In this document: positions 23,859-28,086 of the stretch, in pieces
Layout of the letters: every line of letters starts with the position of its first letter
Numbering within the stretch: position 1 is the stretch's first letter
Assembly (NCBI GenBank): GCA_030141605.1
Contig: JAQGDQ010001717.1
Location: forward strand, 1-28,086
Length of the DNA: 28,086 nucleotides
Origin: Tubiluchus corallicola
Lineage: Eukaryota; Animalia; Priapulida
Reading direction: 5' to 3'
Notes under the pieces: model-generated
Databases searched by the model: none
Told to the model about the DNA's origin: nothing
The model's input: the letters and a program-made list of their open reading frames with translations, nothing else
Translations under genes and position numbers: made by a program

Positions 23859-24901
23859 TTTTGTATGATTTCAATCACCATTCACACCCCTCATCCCTCC
23901 GTTTATTTCTTTTATTGAGAGAGAGAGAGAACTCAATGAATTAGATTCAGGTTCCGCGTATAATCTCGCAACGTACCGAAAAGACCACACCATTCTATAT
24001 AAAGGTCAGGAGTTCATAACATCGCTGAATTGCCGCGTTCTCCTTTTTTCTTCCTAAAGCACAACAGATATATATCACGGGAAGAATCGTATAAGTAATC
24101 TACTTTATAATTACCGAAATGTAATCGGTAAAATTACATTATTACCTTGTACATGCATGGCAATTCTTGGTTCGTCCTTATCGGTGTGCAGTCACTGTTG
24201 AAGCGCTGAAGCTCGTAACAGAAAGTTTTTAAATTGCAATGTATTGCTGAGTGATACATGGCACTCGAAATTTAGTTCAGAACAGTTTATTACTTATTTC
24301 CGACAGTCTATTTTGGACAGTATTTCAAATTTGTAATAAGTATCTATTTCTCTCGAGTTTTAGGCGTTTGAAAGGCAAGAAAAGGCCTAGCTAAAGCAAG
24401 TCTCAAAAATATTATAACGGTTAGAGGCAATCTTAAGCGTTTATCATACTCACGTTAAAAGAATTTCCTGTTTGTTTTCATTTTAAATACTCCCGCGAGA
24501 CTGTCACGGCGGCGCCATGTTAGATGTCGTCACAGAACCACAACACAAATCTTTATAGTACACGTGCTCAGAACTCACTGCGACTGTGTTCGAGTGATGT
24601 CATGCCACGTGATCAGTCACATGGTGGCTTATCAATTGGCGGACTGAATGAAACATGTCTGCGCCAACGTTTACTGCAGCGGTTGAAATATTTTACAAAA
24701 TTTGGAGTAAATGCGAGAACGTGAGTACTTTATTCGCTTGAGATTATACTTAGGTGATAAATTTTTTATTGTGAATTTTCTGAGGCTTACTTTGGTTGGC
24801 CATTTTCTTGTCCATTAAATTATTCATCGGCAGATCTACTGAGACTTAACGAGATGCCAGATTCAAGCGATAACAGAAGTTCTTATTTGATGTATGTATA
24901 C

Positions 24902-25135
24902 TGTTGTGTTTTGTTTCTCTCGGAAGGCTCGTAGAGAAAACCAGAAAACACTTCGTCAAATTAAACTAGTTTATTAAGCGAGAATTCTACAACACAAAAG
25001 TATGAAGGAGTTGTTTGTGTACAGTATGTTTGTTAAAAGTATGTTTACAGTAAACGTGAAAATCTGGAAAACGTTTGAGTGTATCTGAAAATGTAAGTAT
25101 ACAAGAGAATGTGTAAGTGGCGTCAGTGTGAATCT

Positions 25136-25184
<49 letters not shown>

Positions 25185-25484
25185 CGTCTGTGTGTGTGCG
25201 TGCGTCTGTGTGTGTGTGCGTGCGTGTGTGTGTTAGATGTCTGTTTCGCCTTATATAACGTGCCTGAGAAGCTTCCAGAAGTTTTGTTCCAGAACATTCT
25301 ACACAGTAAGACGATTATTCTAATAGAACATTCTACAATGTTCCATGTAATTCTAATAGATGCCAGCGATCTCCACAACACATACAATTCGTCAAATGTC
25401 TGCTGGCACTTCAACAGCTTTGCAAAGCTCCTACTGTGTTTCGTCTCGTGAACTATGATTATTGTAATGAATATAAATAAGACA
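24902..25484 (-). mobile_element. Solo-LTR-like element containing a (TG)n microsatellite (25126-25233)
   Basis: Minus-strand order TGT start, HSEs, TATATAA, AATAAA (24975-24970), ACAACA end. No TSD found; the 5' boundary is uncertain. Confidence 0.5.
25251..25344 (-). promoter_or_regulatory. TATA box with three adjacent heat-shock elements
   Basis: TTATATAA 25251-25258; aGAAgcTTCcaGAAg 25267-25281; gTTCcaGAAcaTTCt 25286-25300; aGAAcaTTCtaCAAtgTTCc 25325-25344. Confidence 0.65.
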
Positions 25485-26073
25485 AAACCTATTTCCTTTT
25501 TAATCGGCACATAAGCAGTGCATGAGTTTTTCATAATAAAATTGCCGTAACTTAGTAGCCTATGAAAAATACTTTGTTAATGTAATCTGGCAAGATATTA
25601 AGGAAATGTTCCATTTACTATGGCGGAGCTAGTAAGTTGCTAATGAAATTCAGGGTGACGTAAGTTAATCTAGTGTGTAATTTGAGCTAGCATGACAGAG
25701 ATTTATGTGAAACGAACATCGTTAAATACCATTAAATTTGCATGCAGGACAGACACTGGATAATTAACTAAAGAAAGACAAAGACAAGAGTTATTTGCCG
25801 TCACTCATTTAACAGACAACTTTAGCACCAACGGCTATTTAGCGACTTACACTCAGGGCCTATTTCAGCCTAAGCCAGGCCCGGGGGGGTGCGGTTGCCA
25901 CCATGGTTGGCGCCCAGAAAATTTTTGAACTGCTAGAATGCCAGAGAAGCATTTTCGAAGAGAAAATATGGAGTTATACAGTTGTTAAAGGAAAGAACAA
26001 TTGAAAGAAAAACTGCTTTATTCTCAAGACCAGTCCTTAATACTTGTCAATACTGGCAAACGGCGTGCGTGCG

Positions 26074-26315
<242 letters not shown>

Positions 26316-26859
26316 GAGGGAGAGAAGAGGCAGTATGTTCGCATAAAGCAAAAGAAATGTTACCTTGGCGTGAGGCCCCCTGGAGGGTGAGGCTCTGGGG
26401 AAGTATCCCCATAAATAATGATAAAAATAAATAAAAAAGGAAATAAGTTACAGAATTTCTAGACAATAATCTCCCACAAGCTTGCATAAACTACTCGATG
26501 CTTTCATAAACAAACACGCTGGTACCAGCACACTAACGATTAAACAGTCTCCTAGGCAGCAACTGCGGGAATATCGGTAATTTTTTTTAAATTTCCATTT
26601 CTTTTCTAGTTTCACAAGCTCTCAACTTTCGTTCAGATAAAGAAGTTGAAGATCTTGTTATCTGGCTTCAGAAAATTGGGTTTTGATTGCAGCTGCTTAG
26701 CCATAATGAAAATCTATTCTAGACAATCTTTAATCGAATCATGTACTGTGCATGACAATGACAAATGGGAATTGCAGGTGGCCCTGTACAAGATACGACT
26801 AAATTATTATGCATGCGCACGCGCGTGAGCCCTTACACACACGCGCACTCACGCACGCA

Positions 26860-27347
26860 CACACACACACACACACACTGACACTACAGTGTGTCGCTGG
26901 CTTTAATTTCATAGAAGCCAACATGTTTTCTCCTAACTGAGCAGGCAAGACTGCTTTCAAGGAGTCTTAAATATTGAAACAACAGCTCACTACATTAATT
27001 TTTCATTAACAACTGCCAAACAGCACAAGAACATTATTTTTCCTCGTGCAACATGTATGACCAACATGGGAAATCATCTTGAGCAAAATTACAACTTACA
27101 AATTGTCAGTGTGCAATCTTACTGTAATGGCCGACACAAACTAGAAAACATTGTGGCAACTCAAACGCAAAATCACATGCAAGTGAAGCGAAATGGTAAT
27201 AAAATTATCTGTCTGCCGTGTAAATTACAGTCGTGCATCATGACAAACATTTTACGTTGCACAGGGAAAACTGAGGCAAAATAACCTTAGTTAAATAAGA
27301 CGACATGTTAAAATGGAAGGCAGACATCTTTATGCAAATGTTTAACG
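26860..27347 (-). repeat. Inverted paralog of 897-1385 (short (CA)n plus 470-bp body)
   Basis: Reverse-complement match; the flank beyond the (CA)n differs from the first copy. Confidence 0.93.
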
Positions 27348-28086
27348 AAAGAAACAAGTGTAGAAAAGAAACAAGTGCAGGAAAGAAACAAGTGTAGGAA
27401 AGAAACAAGTGTAGGAAAGAAACAAGTGCAGGAAAGAAGCAAGTGTAGGAAAGAAACAAGTGTAGGAAAGAAGCAAGTGAAGGAAAGAAACAAGTGTAGG
27501 AAAGAAACAAGTGTAGGAAAGAAACAAGTGCAGGAAAGAAGCAAGTGTAGGAAAGAAACAAGTGCAGGAAAGAAACAAGTGCAGGAAAGAAACAAGTGTA
27601 GGAAAGAAACAAGTGCAGGAAAGAAACAAGTGTAGGAAAGAAACAAGTGCAGGAAAGAAACAAGTGTAGGAAAGAAACAAGTGCAGGAAAGAAACAAGTG
27701 TAGGAAAGAAACAAGTGTAGGAAAGAAACAAGTGTAGGAAAGAAACAAGTGCAGGAAAGAAACAAGTGCAGGAAAGAAACAAGTGTAGGAAAGAAACAAG
27801 TGTAGGAAAGAAACAAGTGTAGGAAAGAAACAAGTGTAGGAAGGAAACAAGTGTAGGAAAGAAACAAGTGTAGGAAAGAAACAAGTGCAGGAAAGAAACA
27901 AGTGTAGGAAAGAAACAAGTGTAGGAAAGAAACAAGTGTAGGAAAGAAACAAGTGTAGGAAAGAAGCAAGTGTAGGAAAGAAACAAGTGCAGGAAAGAAA
28001 CAAGTGCAGGAAAGAAACAAGTGTAGGAAGGAAACAAGTGCAGGAAGGAAACAAGTGCAGGATAGAAACAAGTGTAGGAAAGAAAC
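27348..28086 (-). repeat. 17-bp tandem array (GAAAGAAACAAGTGYAG), ~43 copies, running off the window end
   Basis: Reverse complement of the 308-896 unit. Confidence 0.97.

Noticed and set aside
27057-27284. Cys-containing ORF in the 470-bp repeat body as a transposase remnant
   Set aside because: Short, with no recognisable motif; shared between copies only because they are recent duplicates.

Overview
AT-rich, repeat-saturated eukaryotic (probably invertebrate metazoan) non-coding DNA. I can support no intact host gene; almost all supplied ORFs are translations of microsatellites or minisatellites. The window is a transposon graveyard. It holds about 10 5'-truncated non-LTR retrotransposon 3' ends (L2/Crack/CR1-like, three with target-site duplications), two hAT non-autonomous elements with exact 8-bp TSDs, a Foldback/MULE-like element, LTR-like pieces (one with a heat-shock-element cluster next to a TATA box), Helentron/HINE-like pieces and a 5S-derived fragment. 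Minisatellites (74, 104, 108, 56 bp) repeatedly arise inside these elements. There are two kilobase-scale inverted duplications (0.3-1.4 kb vs 26.9-28.1 kb; 9.5-10.9 kb vs 18.3-20.2 kb). Bases 2-53 match Oxford Nanopore ligation adapters (end adapter followed by start adapter), so the left end is partly a sequencing/assembly artefact. I found no convincing new protein-coding system. The best biological leads are the heat-shock LTR-like promoter and the TE-born satellites.
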